DNA from: Patescibacteria group bacterium
GTDB lineage: Bacteria > Patescibacteriota > Patescibacteriia > SG8-24
Direction: 5' to 3'
DNA: 64,000 bases
Assembly: GCA_028714475.1 (NCBI GenBank)
Contig: JAQTNC010000003.1
Location: forward strand, 15,596 to 79,595
Shown here: piece after piece, positions 48,119 to 57,222 of the stretch
How positions within the stretch are numbered: the stretch's first letter is position 1
Layout: every line of letters begins with the position of its first letter
Notes under the pieces: model-generated
Database searches by the model: none
Seen by the model: only the letters and a program-made list of their open reading frames with translations
Told to the model about the DNA's origin: nothing
Position numbers and translations under genes: made by a program

Positions 48119-48364
48119 TCACCACTCCCGATATGTCGTATCCGAGCGCCTCTCAATGGCCAACACCCGCCATCCGTCGGCCTTCCGCAAAAAGATTATC
48201 CGCAACTCGCCATGGCGTACCCGATAGACGTCGTCGCTTCCATGCAGTTTCTTGATATCCAGGCCGGCCAAGTGCCCGGCCTCAACAGCCTCGATAATTC
48301 TAGCAACAGAAACAACCTCCTTGGCGCTCATCTTGCGAATCGCCTTTTGGATGCGGTCAACCAT
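48119..48364 (-). CDS. RelE/ParE-family type II toxin
   Basis: ORF 48119..48484 trimmed to MVDRIQKAIRK... The C-terminal YRVRHGELRIIFLRKADGWRVLAIERRSD matches RelE/ParE. Confidence 0.75.
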   Translation of the reverse strand: MVDRIQKAIRKMSAKEVVSVARIIEAVEAGHLAGLDIKKLHGSDDVYRVRHGELRIIFLRKADGWRVLAIERRSDTTYREW

Positions 48365-48371
48365 AGCGTGG

Positions 48372-48593
48372 CTAGCGCCGTTTGAGCCGCGTGAGCAGCT
48401 CCTTGGCCGAGATGCCGTTCTTGCGGAAAGACGTGAAGTCAACGACGGTTTCCCAGCCGTCCTGCTCCACCGGTCCAACGGCAAAAATGGGCTTGGATCG
48501 CCTCATAACCATGAACGACTTGCCCGCCGCCACTTGGCGCACGTACGTTGCCATGTTTTCACGAAATTCCCTTAATCCAACGGCTGCTACCAT
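48372..48593 (-). CDS. Type II antitoxin (Phd/YefM-like)
   Basis: 73 aa and 7 bp upstream of the toxin. LREFRENMATYVRQVAAGKSFMVMRRSKPIFAV resembles Phd/YefM N-termini. Confidence 0.6.
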   Translation of the reverse strand: MVAAVGLREFRENMATYVRQVAAGKSFMVMRRSKPIFAVGPVEQDGWETVVDFTSFRKNGISAKELLTRLKRR

Positions 48594-48681
48594 ATAATCC
48601 CATGTTAATCTTTAGATTAACCTTATTGTAACCCCCTGTCGCCCTCCAAGTCAACACCGCGATACGTACAATAAATAAATC

Positions 48682-48987
48682 GTGCGAAGCACACTATGCG
48701 GAAAAATGACTTCTTATCGCGAGGTCTGGCGACGCCCAGCGTCGCCGCCGCAGGCCGAGCGCGCATACGATTTTTTTTGGGGAGGTGGCGCGGAGGCCGC
48801 CGCCCCTAGCGTCATCTTAGAGCTTCCGTAGGAGCCGTTCGTCTGGAGGCCGCAGGCCGCGACCGGAATGAGGGAGCGGCGCGGCCGCAAGGCGGAGGCG
48901 GCGACACAGGAAGCGACCTGATGACGCGGGGCGGCGGCCGGAAGCGCCCGGCGACCTTCTGGATTCCCCCGCAAAGCGGGACTTCAC
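48682..48987 (+). repeat. R1 structured repeat element, copy C (conserved 5' and 3' modules, divergent middle)
   Basis: Begins gtgcgaagcacac-tatgcggaa..gacttc..cgcgagg, then hairpin ggcgacgcccagcgtcgcc, then gccgcaggccgagcgcgcatacgatt. Ends ...cgcggggcggcggccggaagcgcccggcgaccttctggattccc. Confidence 0.7.
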
Positions 48988-49082
48988 ATCATATTACATT
49001 AAGGTTGGTCGCGGTTTTCGCCGGAATGACGGCATGCGACCACAACGCCAAACCCCCCGCAGTATTGCGGGGGGTTTAAACT

Positions 49083-49238
49083 CTACTTCGTCTCCTTGTG
49101 CGGCGCGTGGCCCTTGCAGTGCTTACAGAACTTCGAGAGCTCCAGGCGATCCTTGGTGTTCTTCTTGTTCTTCCGCGAGTTGTAGTTGACGCGATGGCAC
49201 TTGGTGCACTCGATCTTGATGATATTTTCCTGGGACAT
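49083..49238 (-). CDS. rpmG: 50S ribosomal protein L33
   Basis: ORF 49083..49328 trimmed to MSQENIIKIECTKCHRVNYNSRKNKKNTKDRLELSKFCKHCKGHAPHKETK. CxxC...CxxC zinc-ribbon L33. A hairpin ccccccgcagtattgcgggggg follows the stop. Confidence 0.85.
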   Translation of the reverse strand: MSQENIIKIECTKCHRVNYNSRKNKKNTKDRLELSKFCKHCKGHAPHKETK

Positions 49239-49341
49239 AATTGTATGGTTACTTGCGGACGTTATCAGTCTTCGATGATTTTGTCCAGACACCGTTATTT
49301 CGGCGGAGCCCACCCAAGGCGAGCCCATGTTATCTTTTTGC

Positions 49342-49417
49342 TGGAGCCGACGGAGGGATTCGAACCCACGACCCGCACTTTACAAAAGTGCCGCTCTGCC
49401 AGCTGAGCTACGTCGGC
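49342..49417 (-). tRNA. tRNA-Thr (anticodon TGT)
   Basis: Manual fold: GCCGACG-TA-GCTC-AGCTGGCA-GAGC-G-GCACT-TTTGTAA-AGTGC-GGGTC-GTGGG-TTCGAAT-CCCTC-CGTCGGC-T-CCA. One U-U mismatch in the T-stem. Confidence 0.8.
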
Positions 49418-49418
49418 G

Positions 49419-49503
49419 TGGTGGGCAGTCTAGGATTCGAACCTAGGAAGGCGAAGCCAGCAGATTTACAGTCTGCCCCGTTTGACCGCTCCGGAAACTG
49501 CCC
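49419..49503 (-). tRNA. tRNA-Tyr (anticodon GTA), long variable arm
   Basis: GGGCAGT..CCGG-AGCGGTCAAA..GCAGA-CTGTAAA-TCTGC-[13-nt variable arm]-CTAGG-TTCGAAT-CCTAG-ACTGCCC-A-CCA. Confidence 0.85.
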
Positions 49504-49504
49504 A

Positions 49505-49560
49505 TGGGGGGATATGTTGACAGTTATTAGTTGTTGGTTGTTGGTTACAACTAACAACTA
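49505..49560. repeat. Tandem heptamer plus inverted copy (AGTTGTTGGTTGTTGG / CAACTAACAACTAACAACC) directly 5' of tRNA-Tyr
   Basis: gttgacagttattagttgttggttgttggttacaactaacaactaacaacc. Confidence 0.5.
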
Positions 49561-49736
49561 ACAACCAAGAACCAATAACCGCGTCTTTCCACCCGCCGCC
49601 GAATTTCGGGTTTGTGCCCCGAATTTCAGCGACGGGTGGACCCCACTTCGCCTAGGCTTCGTGGGGTTGTACCACTCTTCGATGAATCTTCTAAATGACG
49701 AGTCCGTTTGGCTCGCCACCCGAAGCTTTAGCGAAG

Positions 49737-49785
49737 GGTGGAGCCGACGACCGGGTTCGAACCGGTGACCTCCCCGCATTTTTCC
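49737..49785 (-). pseudogene. tRNA-Thr 3'-half fragment (T-arm plus acceptor 3' strand) fused to GGAAAAATGCGG
   Basis: The minus strand reads GGAAAAATGCGGGGAGGTCACCGGTTCGAACCCGGTCGTCGGCTCCA, identical to the 3' 35 nt of the neighbouring tRNA-Thr(GGT). Confidence 0.6.
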
Positions 49786-49861
49786 TGGAGCCGACGACCG
49801 GGTTCGAACCGGTGACCTTCTCCTTACCATGGAGATGCTCTACCAGCTGAGCTACGTCGGC
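49786..49861 (-). tRNA. tRNA-Thr (anticodon GGT)
   Basis: GCCGACG-TA-GCTC-AGCTGGTA-GAGC-A-TCTCC-ATGGTAA-GGAGA-AGGTC-ACCGG-TTCGAAC-CCGGT-CGTCGGC-T-CCA. Confidence 0.75.
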
Positions 49862-50241
49862 ACGAGGAAATATGCGGGGAAAGAACTGACTTAGCCCTCG
49901 GTCGTCGGCTCCCTGCGGAAAAATGCGGGGTGCTCTACCAGCTGAGCTACGTCGGCGTGATCGATTTTTTTTACTATGTGCAAGGACCTGGGCTGAACCG
50001 GTGACCTCCCCGCGTTGCCGCGGGGTGCTCTACCAGCTGAGCTACGTCGGCACGAGGAAATATGCGGGGAAAGAACTGACTTAGCCCTCGGTCGTCGGCT
50101 CCCTGCGGAAAAATGCGGGGTGCTCTACCAGCTGAGCTACGTCGGCGTGATCGATTTTTTTTACTATGTGCAAGGACCTGGGCTGAACCGGTGACCTCCC
50201 CGCGTTGCCGCGGGGTGCTCTACCAACTGAGCTACGTCGGC
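49862..50241 (-). repeat. Two tandem 190 bp repeat units (about 99% identical), each carrying two tRNA-Thr 5'-half-like fragments (acceptor + D-arm) joined to non-tRNA hairpins
   Basis: Unit 49861..50050 recurs at 50051..50240 with 1 mismatch. Fragments GCCGACGTAGCTCAGCTGGTAGAGCACC are followed by CCCGCGGCAACGCGGGG or CCGCATTTTTCCGCAGGGAGCCGACGACCG. Confidence 0.8.
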
Positions 50242-50485
50242 ACGCTCACTTGCCGCCTGCGCTATCGTTCGGGCTCGCCCATTTTGAAGGCTCGCCCTCA
50301 CTGGTGCACAGGCGCCGCTCGCTCCTGGCCGGCGCTGCGCGCCGTGCCAAGTTACATATAGGTGTCGCCCATCGCAGGGGCGCGCTGGGCGACTTTTTTA
50401 ATACGCCAATCTACCCGACTTATTCTAACCTCTTCCAGAAAAAAAACAACCCTGCCTTATTCGCTGGAAAAAGGCTGAATCCGAA

Positions 50486-51454
50486 CTAACTGACGCCGGG
50501 GCCTTCTGTCGGGCTAGGGGAAACGTCCGCCACGGAAGGCGTTTCGATCGGTTTTTCCGCCGGTTTATGTGCCACCACCGGCGCTGGCAAGGCCGCAATG
50601 CGCTCCTCCAAGGCACCCAGCTTCTGGTTGTCCGGATTTGCGGCCTTTAGTCGCCCCAAAACCTCCTCGGCCCGCGCCTTGTCGCCTACCAGTATACACG
50701 CTTCGAGCAGCAAATCAAGGGTCCGGGGGTTGGCCGGCTCATGTGCCGCCGCCATCTCCAAAGCCGCCTTGGCCTTCTCCCCCTCCCCCAACTGCCGACA
50801 AGCCGCCGCCAGACTCGCGTAATTCTTGGAGACGAAAGCCGCCTGCGCCGCCGGAGCGTCACAGGGATACTCCAAAGACACGTGCCGCGGCTGTTGCCCG
50901 CGCCCGCGTCGCCCGCAACACTCCCTGATGCTGGATCTGGCGAGAAAATCGTACGCCTCCCGCGCCTGAAGGTAATTCTTCTGCCCAAAATAGAGATCGC
51001 CCAACACGCGATAAGCGTCGAGGTTCTTGGGGTCGAGACCGATGGCCTCGACCAGCAGTTTTTCCGCTTCGCCCTCTTTCCCCGCCTGATCAACCAAGGC
51101 CGCCGCCCGCTCGATGAGTCTGGCCGCTTTCAGCCGTTTCTCGAAAGCGGTGGGCTGTTTGCCCGGACGCTGGTACATCTTATCGAGCGACAGGAGCCGA
51201 CCATACGCGACGCGGAAACCGTCACGCAGGCGTTCCCAAACGGGCTTCAGCGCCGCCCCCAACAAGCGCGTCCGCTCCGCGGCCACGCGCCGGACCCGGG
51301 ACTCGATGATTTCCTTCTTCTTTTTCGTTTCCCGTTCCTTGGGCAGGGCTTCGGCGTCGATCATCGTGAGCTGCGGAAACTTGCGCGCCACAATCACGCC
51401 GATGCCGACGAGACAAAGAGCGATGACGATGAGGATGGCGATGTAGAACAGCAT
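50486..51454 (-). CDS. TPR-repeat protein with an N-terminal transmembrane anchor
   Basis: ORF 50486..51616 trimmed to MLFYIAILIVIALCLVGIGVIVA... so it does not overrun tpiA. TPR-like helical repeats. Confidence 0.65.
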   Translation of the reverse strand: MLFYIAILIVIALCLVGIGVIVARKFPQLTMIDAEALPKERETKKKKEIIESRVRRVAAERTRLLGAALKPVWERLRDGFRVAYGRLLSLDKMYQRPGKQPTAFEKRLKAARLIERAAALVDQAGKEGEAEKLLVEAIGLDPKNLDAYRVLGDLYFGQKNYLQAREAYDFLARSSIRECCGRRGRGQQPRHVSLEYPCDAPAAQAAFVSKNYASLAAACRQLGEGEKAKAALEMAAAHEPANPRTLDLLLEACILVGDKARAEEVLGRLKAANPDNQKLGALEERIAALPAPVVAHKPAEKPIETPSVADVSPSPTEGPGVS

Positions 51455-51485
51455 GGAGTGGGTGATGTCCACCTTGGGCGGACCG

Positions 51486-52271
51486 CTACGGTTTAATTGA
51501 ATCAGCGGCGATCTCCGCCAGCCGCACGAACTCGTCGGCCTTGAGCGCCGCGCCGCCGACGAGCGCGCCGTGAATGACGTCGAAGGAGAGGAAGCCGGCC
51601 AGGTTGGTCGAATCAACCGAACCGCCGTAAATCACGGAGAACTGCCGCTCGACGATGTCGTTCGGGTAGAGATCAAACAGCGTTTGAATAATGAGATTGT
51701 GCATGGAAGCGGCGTCCTCCGGCGCGACCGCCTGGCCGGTGCCGATGACCCAACGCGGTTCGTAAGCGATGACGATGCGTTGCGTCCCAACCGGGCGGAT
51801 GTTCGCGAGCGCGGCTCGCACCTGCCCGATGACGACGGCATCGCGCCTTCCGGCCGTGCGCTCCTCGCGCGTTTCGCCGACGCAGACGATGGGGTTAATG
51901 CCGCTGCGCATGAGCGCCGCGACCTTGCGGTTCACCATCTCGTCGGTCTCGTTCAGGAATCCCCGCCGTTCCGAATGCCCGACGATGCACCATTCGCAGC
52001 CGAGCTGCTTGAGCGTGACCGGGGAGACTTCGCCGGTGTAGGCGCCCTTGTCCTCCCAGAAGCAGTCCTGCGCCCCGAGCCACACCGCTGTCCCTTTCAC
52101 GACCGGATGCACGCGCTCCAAGGCGACGTGCGACGGGCACAGCACCACGGTCACGTCCGAGCGCGTCGCTCCCTGGCCGGCCCAGCGCCGCACGACTTCC
52201 TGCGCTAGCGCCTCGCTCGCCGCGTCATCGAGCTGCATCTTCCAGTTGGCGATGATGAAAACGTTCTTCAT
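51486..52271 (-). CDS. tpiA: Triosephosphate isomerase
   Basis: 261 aa with the ANWKM, VCVGETREER, YEPRWVIGTG and YGGSV motifs. Confidence 0.9.
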   Translation of the reverse strand: MKNVFIIANWKMQLDDAASEALAQEVVRRWAGQGATRSDVTVVLCPSHVALERVHPVVKGTAVWLGAQDCFWEDKGAYTGEVSPVTLKQLGCEWCIVGHSERRGFLNETDEMVNRKVAALMRSGINPIVCVGETREERTAGRRDAVVIGQVRAALANIRPVGTQRIVIAYEPRWVIGTGQAVAPEDAASMHNLIIQTLFDLYPNDIVERQFSVIYGGSVDSTNLAGFLSFDVIHGALVGGAALKADEFVRLAEIAADSIKP

Positions 52272-53548
52272 AGGGATTTGGCATGCGCCAGAAACTTGTC
52301 GCCCTTGTCATACGGGCCGATGAGCGCGAGGGTCATCCGCTCGCGGCGGAAGATGTCGTGCGCCACGCGCTGAACCTGCGCCGGCGTCACCGCAAAAATC
52401 TTCTTCAGCTTCTCTTCCGGCGACTCGGTCTTGCGGATGAGGAGTTCCTGCTTGGCGTACCAGTCAGCGAGCCGGCTCGAATCCTCAAGCGCCAGCGTCA
52501 GACGCCCTTTGATGTTCTCCTTAGCGCGACTCAACTCGGCCGCCGCGACCGGCTTCTCGCTGATGCGCTTCAGCTCGCGGACGATGAGCTGAAGCCCCTT
52601 CTCGAACTTGTCCTTGGCCAGGCCGGCCTGAACCATCAGGTTGCCGATGTCCTGATACGGGTTGACCGAGGAGTGGACGAAATATGCCAAGCCCGCCTTC
52701 TCGCGCACGGTCGTGAAGAGGCGCGAACTCATCGTGCCGCCGAGGATGTTGCTCATGACGTTGAGCGCCGCCATGCGCTCGTCGCCGTAGGCGTACGCCG
52801 GAAAGCCGAGGGCCATCTGGACCTGCTCGGTTTCGCGGGTGCGCAACTTGACGCGCGGGGCGCGGTAGCCGGCTTTCTTTAGCTCGAAACGCCGGTAATT
52901 CGCGCCGGAGCGCCGCGCGGGACGGGTGCCGAAATGCTTCTCCAGCAATTCCGTGACTGCGGCCTCGTCGAACCGCCCGGCCACGGCAATGACCGTCCGT
53001 TCCGGCACGTAATATTCGTCGCGGTACTTGAGCAGGGGCTTGCGGTCAATGCCGTTCATGGTCTCGACCGAGCCGGCGATGCTGCGCCCGAGCGGCGACC
53101 CGCGATACAGCTCCTCCTCCATGAGCGTGTCCACGAGCATCATCGGGTTGTCCTCGTACATGCGGATCTCCTCGATGATGACGTTGCGCTCGGACCGCAA
53201 GTCCGTCTCGCGGTAAAGCGAGCCGTGGAGCATGTCGGAAAGCATGTCCGCCGCGAGCCCGAATTGATCCGCCGGCAGCTTGATGTAATAGCCGGTATAA
53301 TCCTTGCCAGTGAAGGCGTTGTACTCCGCGCCGACTGAATCGAGATCGCGCGAGATGTCCATGGTCGTCGGGCGGCGCTCGGTGCCCTTGAACATCATGT
53401 GCTCGATGTAGTGCGAGGCGCCGTTCAGCTTGAGAGTCTCGTAGCGCGAGCCGATCTCGTACTGGACGAGCAGGGTCACGGCCTGGGTGTCGTGGCTCGG
53501 CACCAACACGACGCGCGTGCCGTTTTTGAGTTTAATCAATTTGAACAT
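52268..53548 (-). CDS. M16-family zinc peptidase (pitrilysin/insulinase-like)
   Basis: 426 aa with the inverted zincin HxxEH motif (HYIEHMMFKGT). Confidence 0.85.
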   Translation of the reverse strand: MFKLIKLKNGTRVVLVPSHDTQAVTLLVQYEIGSRYETLKLNGASHYIEHMMFKGTERRPTTMDISRDLDSVGAEYNAFTGKDYTGYYIKLPADQFGLAADMLSDMLHGSLYRETDLRSERNVIIEEIRMYEDNPMMLVDTLMEEELYRGSPLGRSIAGSVETMNGIDRKPLLKYRDEYYVPERTVIAVAGRFDEAAVTELLEKHFGTRPARRSGANYRRFELKKAGYRAPRVKLRTRETEQVQMALGFPAYAYGDERMAALNVMSNILGGTMSSRLFTTVREKAGLAYFVHSSVNPYQDIGNLMVQAGLAKDKFEKGLQLIVRELKRISEKPVAAAELSRAKENIKGRLTLALEDSSRLADWYAKQELLIRKTESPEEKLKKIFAVTPAQVQRVAHDIFRRERMTLALIGPYDKGDKFLAHAKSL

Positions 53549-53690
53549 AATTTGGTTAGCCCCTCGACTCCCCCGGGTCGCGGCCCGGGGTCGCTCAGGG
53601 TCCGCTCGGGGAAAAATATATTCTGGCCCGACCTTGCTTGCCCCGTGGACGCGAAGCGTCTTTACGGGGTGGAGGGCCTTCTGGAGACGA

Positions 53691-55097
53691 CTACTCGCCT
53701 AGCCTCTCCGCAATCATCGTCGGCAACTCCGCGATGGCGACGCGCTCCTGTTTCATCGTGTCACGGTCGCGCACGGTCACGGTCTGGTCGTCGAGCGTCT
53801 CGAAATCCACGGTCACGCACCACGGCGTGCCGATTTCGTCGTGACGGCGATACGACTTGCCGATGTTGCCGCCACTCTCCCGCTCGGTCATGAAGCGGCC
53901 ACGCAGGAGGTTGTGCACCTCGTCAGCCTTGGCCGTCAGCTCCGGCTTGTTCTTCGCGAGTTGACAAATGGCGACCTTCACCGGCGCGAGCCGCGGGTCG
54001 AGCCTTAGCACCGTGCGCGTCTCGCCCTCCTTCACCTCTTCTTCCGTATAGGCCTGATCGAGGAACATCAGGAACAGCCGGTTCAAACCGACCGAAGTCT
54101 CGACGATGTGCGGGATGTAACGCTCCTTGGTCGCCTCGTCGAAGTAGCTCAAGTCCACGCCGGAGAATTTCGAATGCTGGGACAAATCCCAATCGCCACG
54201 GGCATGGATGCCCTCGACCTCCTTGAATCCGCCGAGCGCGTTGAAGCTGTACTCGATGTCATACGCGGCCGAGGCGTAATGCGCCAGCTTCTCGTGCTTG
54301 TACCAGCGGATCTGCTCCGGCTTGATGCCGTACTTCAGGAACCACGCCCAGCGCACCTCGCGCCACATTTCGTATGCCTTGTCGGTCATCGACGGATGGA
54401 TGAAATACTGCATCTCCATCTGTTCGAACTCGCGCGTACGGAAGATAAACTGCCGCGCCACGATCTCGTTCCTAAACGCCTTGCCGACCTGCGCGATGCC
54501 GAACGGAATCTTCGGATGCAGGCTGTCGAGCGTGTTCTTGTATTCCAAATAGATGCCGCCGCAGGTTTCCGGCCGCAGATAGACGACGTTCTCCTCGGTC
54601 AGTGCCTCGGTCGGCGAGCCGAGGTTGGATTTCACCATGAGCGAGAAGACTTTCGCCTCGGTCAAATCCTTCGAGCCGCAGGACGGACACTTGAGCTTGC
54701 CTTCGGCGCGCAAGCCGTCGAGATACCCGTTGATGACCTCGATGGTCTGCTTGTCAGCGTTGATGCCGTAGTCCTCAAGCAGATGGTCGGCGCGGAAGCG
54801 ATTCTTACACTCACGACAATCCACCATCGGGTCATTGAACCCACCGACGTGCCCGGACGCGACCCAAGTCTGCGGATGCATGAAAATGGCGCTGTCGAGC
54901 CCGATTACGTCGTCGCGCAGCTGGATCATCTCCTTCCACCAAGCGTCGCGAATGTTGTTCTTGAGGAGCGCGCCGTAGTGACCATAGTCGTAAATGGCGC
55001 CGAGACCGCCGTAAATCTCCGAAGACGGGAAGACGAAGCCGCGCCGCTTGCAGAGGGCGACCAGTTTCTCCATTGTCTGTTCATTAGCCATAGTCAA
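53691..55097 (-). CDS. glyQS: Glycine--tRNA ligase (alpha2 dimeric class II type)
   Basis: 468 aa. Class II motifs, and the N-terminal GFVFPSSEIYGGLGAIYDYGHYGALLKNN is typical of archaeal/eukaryal-type GlyRS. Confidence 0.9.
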   Translation of the reverse strand: MTMANEQTMEKLVALCKRRGFVFPSSEIYGGLGAIYDYGHYGALLKNNIRDAWWKEMIQLRDDVIGLDSAIFMHPQTWVASGHVGGFNDPMVDCRECKNRFRADHLLEDYGINADKQTIEVINGYLDGLRAEGKLKCPSCGSKDLTEAKVFSLMVKSNLGSPTEALTEENVVYLRPETCGGIYLEYKNTLDSLHPKIPFGIAQVGKAFRNEIVARQFIFRTREFEQMEMQYFIHPSMTDKAYEMWREVRWAWFLKYGIKPEQIRWYKHEKLAHYASAAYDIEYSFNALGGFKEVEGIHARGDWDLSQHSKFSGVDLSYFDEATKERYIPHIVETSVGLNRLFLMFLDQAYTEEEVKEGETRTVLRLDPRLAPVKVAICQLAKNKPELTAKADEVHNLLRGRFMTERESGGNIGKSYRRHDEIGTPWCVTVDFETLDDQTVTVRDRDTMKQERVAIAELPTMIAERLGE

Positions 55098-55193
55098 AAA
55101 AGATGATATTTGCGCTGAATAAAAATATCATGCCGACGCGGTTGGGGCAAGCGGCGGTTATGCCTGGGGGAAGCTAAAAAACAGGTGCCATTC

Positions 55194-55222
55194 TTGACAG
55201 AAAGGGTAATTTATGCTATTAT
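55194..55222 (+). promoter_or_regulatory. Consensus sigma70 promoter (TTGACA-17-TATTAT)
   Basis: ttcTTGACAgaaagggtaatttatgcTATTATttc. Confidence 0.55.
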
Positions 55223-55279
55223 TTCTTTCAAGAAGCTAACGCCCGAACCAAAAAATGGGCAGAAAATCGGAGCAGGAAG

Positions 55280-55561
55280 ATGAACGAGTCCAAAAAGGCA
55301 GATCCTCGTAGCTGGAAAAAATGGCTACAGAATGGCGCGGTGGGCATCCCTGGTGTAGAAATTCAACGCGTAAGAGGACAATTCGCACTCATGCGAACCA
55401 CCAAGTCAATGAGTGTCCGAAACCTGCTAGATGCCGTTGAGGGTTTGGGCCTGCGCCAAGCAACAGTGGAGGAGTTGGTAGCCTACTCGGGCGACACAAT
55501 TCCCTACCTACCAAATCGGTTCGTTGGGCCGTCTACCCGTTTCTTGGCTGTCAGGAAATAG
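55280..55561 (+). CDS. Hypothetical protein (93 aa)
   Basis: Preceded by a consensus promoter and RBS ggagcaggaag, and followed by a terminator. Confidence 0.55.
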   Translation: MNESKKADPRSWKKWLQNGAVGIPGVEIQRVRGQFALMRTTKSMSVRNLLDAVEGLGLRQATVEELVAYSGDTIPYLPNRFVGPSTRFLAVRK

Positions 55562-55580
55562 CACCCTGAGGAAAACATTC

Positions 55581-55620
55581 GCGACCGACGAAGGCGCTTC
55601 TCCGCTTGGAGAGGCGCCGC
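55581..55620 (+). terminator. Rho-independent terminator
   Basis: ggcgcttctcc-gcttg-gagaggcgcc followed by gcgttgtttt. Confidence 0.55.
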
Positions 55621-55738
55621 GTTGTTTTATGGCGCGGTTTGGGCAAGCGGGATAGCGCCATCACACTTGACGGGTGGTGATAAATAAGTAAAAATTGCGG
55701 TGCGGGCGGGTTTCCGGCCGTACTTCTAGGAGGGACCT

Positions 55739-56446
55739 ATGAGTTTCACAAAACGACAAGTCGCGATGGCTATTGACCATACGGCTCTCAAGCAGGTGGT
55801 TGGCCCGGAGCAAATCCGGCAGCTTTGCGCGGAGGCCAAGCAACATGGCTTTGGGACAGTATGCGTAAACCCGGCCTGGGTCAGCCTGTGCGATTCGTTG
55901 CTGGCAGACTCGGCCGTTCGCATCTGCTCCGTCGTGGGTTTCCCGCTGGGCGAAAACCACACCGACACCAAGGTCTTCGAGGCTCTCAAAGCCATGCAAG
56001 AAGGTGCCGATGAAGTGGACATGGTCATCGCCATTGGCCAACTCATCGCCGGTGACGACGCCTACGTGCGCGATGACATCGCCGCGGTCGCGAGAGCCGT
56101 CAAGTCGCGCGGGAAAACCCTGAAGGTCATCATCGAAACGTGCCTGTTGAGCGATGACCAGAAGAAGCTCGCCTGCCGACTCATCGCCGAAGCCGCTGCG
56201 GAAGTGGAGCTCGTCAACATCTTCGCCAAGACCAGTACTGGTTTCGGCGCAAGCGGCGCTACAGTCGCGGACGTCACGCTCATGCGCGAGGCCCTCGTCG
56301 GCACGCCTGTCCAAATCAAGGCGGCGGGCGGTTGCAAGACGTGGGAAGACGCGGTCGCCCTCATGGAAGCCGGCGCCACGCGCCTCGGCACCTCGTCCGG
56401 AGTCGCCATCGTCACCGGCGCCCCGGCGGACGCGGGCAGCTACTGA
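55739..56446 (+). CDS. deoC: Deoxyribose-phosphate aldolase
   Basis: 235 aa. RBS aggagg. The Schiff-base lysine context (VKVIIET...) and the TSTGF / KAAGG motifs are present. Confidence 0.9.
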   Translation: MSFTKRQVAMAIDHTALKQVVGPEQIRQLCAEAKQHGFGTVCVNPAWVSLCDSLLADSAVRICSVVGFPLGENHTDTKVFEALKAMQEGADEVDMVIAIGQLIAGDDAYVRDDIAAVARAVKSRGKTLKVIIETCLLSDDQKKLACRLIAEAAAEVELVNIFAKTSTGFGASGATVADVTLMREALVGTPVQIKAAGGCKTWEDAVALMEAGATRLGTSSGVAIVTGAPADAGSY

Positions 56447-56682
56447 CGCCGCGCCCGACAACTCTCCCTGAGCCACCCTCGGCTCCCCGACCGCGCCCGT
56501 TCTACGACGACGCGGTTTTGTTTTCCTTCAACCGCCGACAATTCTACCGGTGCCTGTCCCCCTTATCCACAGGGACAGTCCCTTTGGGGACTGTCCCCTT
56601 AACATAAAAACCCGTGGCCAAAACGCCACGGGCCTCCTCCTGAAAAAATATTCCTGAAAAACGATCTGGAGAGGAACCCGGG

Positions 56683-56945
56683 CTTTGCCGAAGCTGCCTA
56701 GGCAATGGTGCCTCGTTCGGCTGCTGCCAGTCGGAACCGGCGGCGGCCGAGTCGGCGCCTCCCCTGAACCGTTATGGTTCAGGGGTCCCTCCTCCATGTC
56801 GCTTGTCAGGAACGCTGTTATGTTGCGAATCACCACCCGGAAAACAAGATGGAGATGGAACCTAGGCTTTGCCGAAGCTGCCTAGGCAATGGTGCCTCGT
56901 TCGGCTGCTGCCAGTCGGAACCGGCGGCGGCCGAGTCGGCGCCTC
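56683..56945 (+). repeat. Two direct copies of an about 95-130 bp repeat (56683..56762 and 56866..56945), each followed by a CTCC-TCCAT-TCGCTT box. Flanked by hairpins gggacagtccctttggggactgtccc (56559..56588) and ccctgaaccgttatggttcagggg
   Basis: ctttgccgaagctgcctaggcaatggtgcctcgttcggctgctgccagtcggaaccggcggcggccgagtcggcgcctcc occurs twice. The track ORFs in it (MPKLPRQWCLV...) are duplicated and probably non-coding. Confidence 0.65.
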
Positions 56946-57222
56946 CTCAACCCACCGAGGCGGATTAAGGCTCCCCCCTCCATTTCGCTTTCAAGGTGTT
57001 CATTTTCGAACAGATAACCATAGCACAAAAAACCCTTCTTGTCAAGGGTCGGCGGCATTATTTGAACACGGATTTTATTCAGCAAAATCGCGTCAAATAC
57101 AGACGAAAATTAATCAACAACTGGGCCATATTTGACATTCACTCTCCCCACAGATAATCTTCAGCCGGTCGGCCGGTCCAACCAACCCACCGATCCGCAA
57201 CTAGAACAGCAAAGGAGCCTCC

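Noticed and set aside
49862-50241. A possible CRISPR array suggested by regularly spaced repeats
   Set aside because: There are only two units of 190 bp. The units are tRNA-derived and contain no short repeat/spacer alternation. They are tandem segmental duplications, not CRISPR.
56685-57135. Two ORFs (56685..56885 and 56869..57135), both starting MPKLPRQWCLVRLLPVGTGGGRVGAS
   Set aside because: They exist only because an about 95-bp non-coding direct repeat is duplicated. They have no RBS, and their composition matches the surrounding structured DNA.
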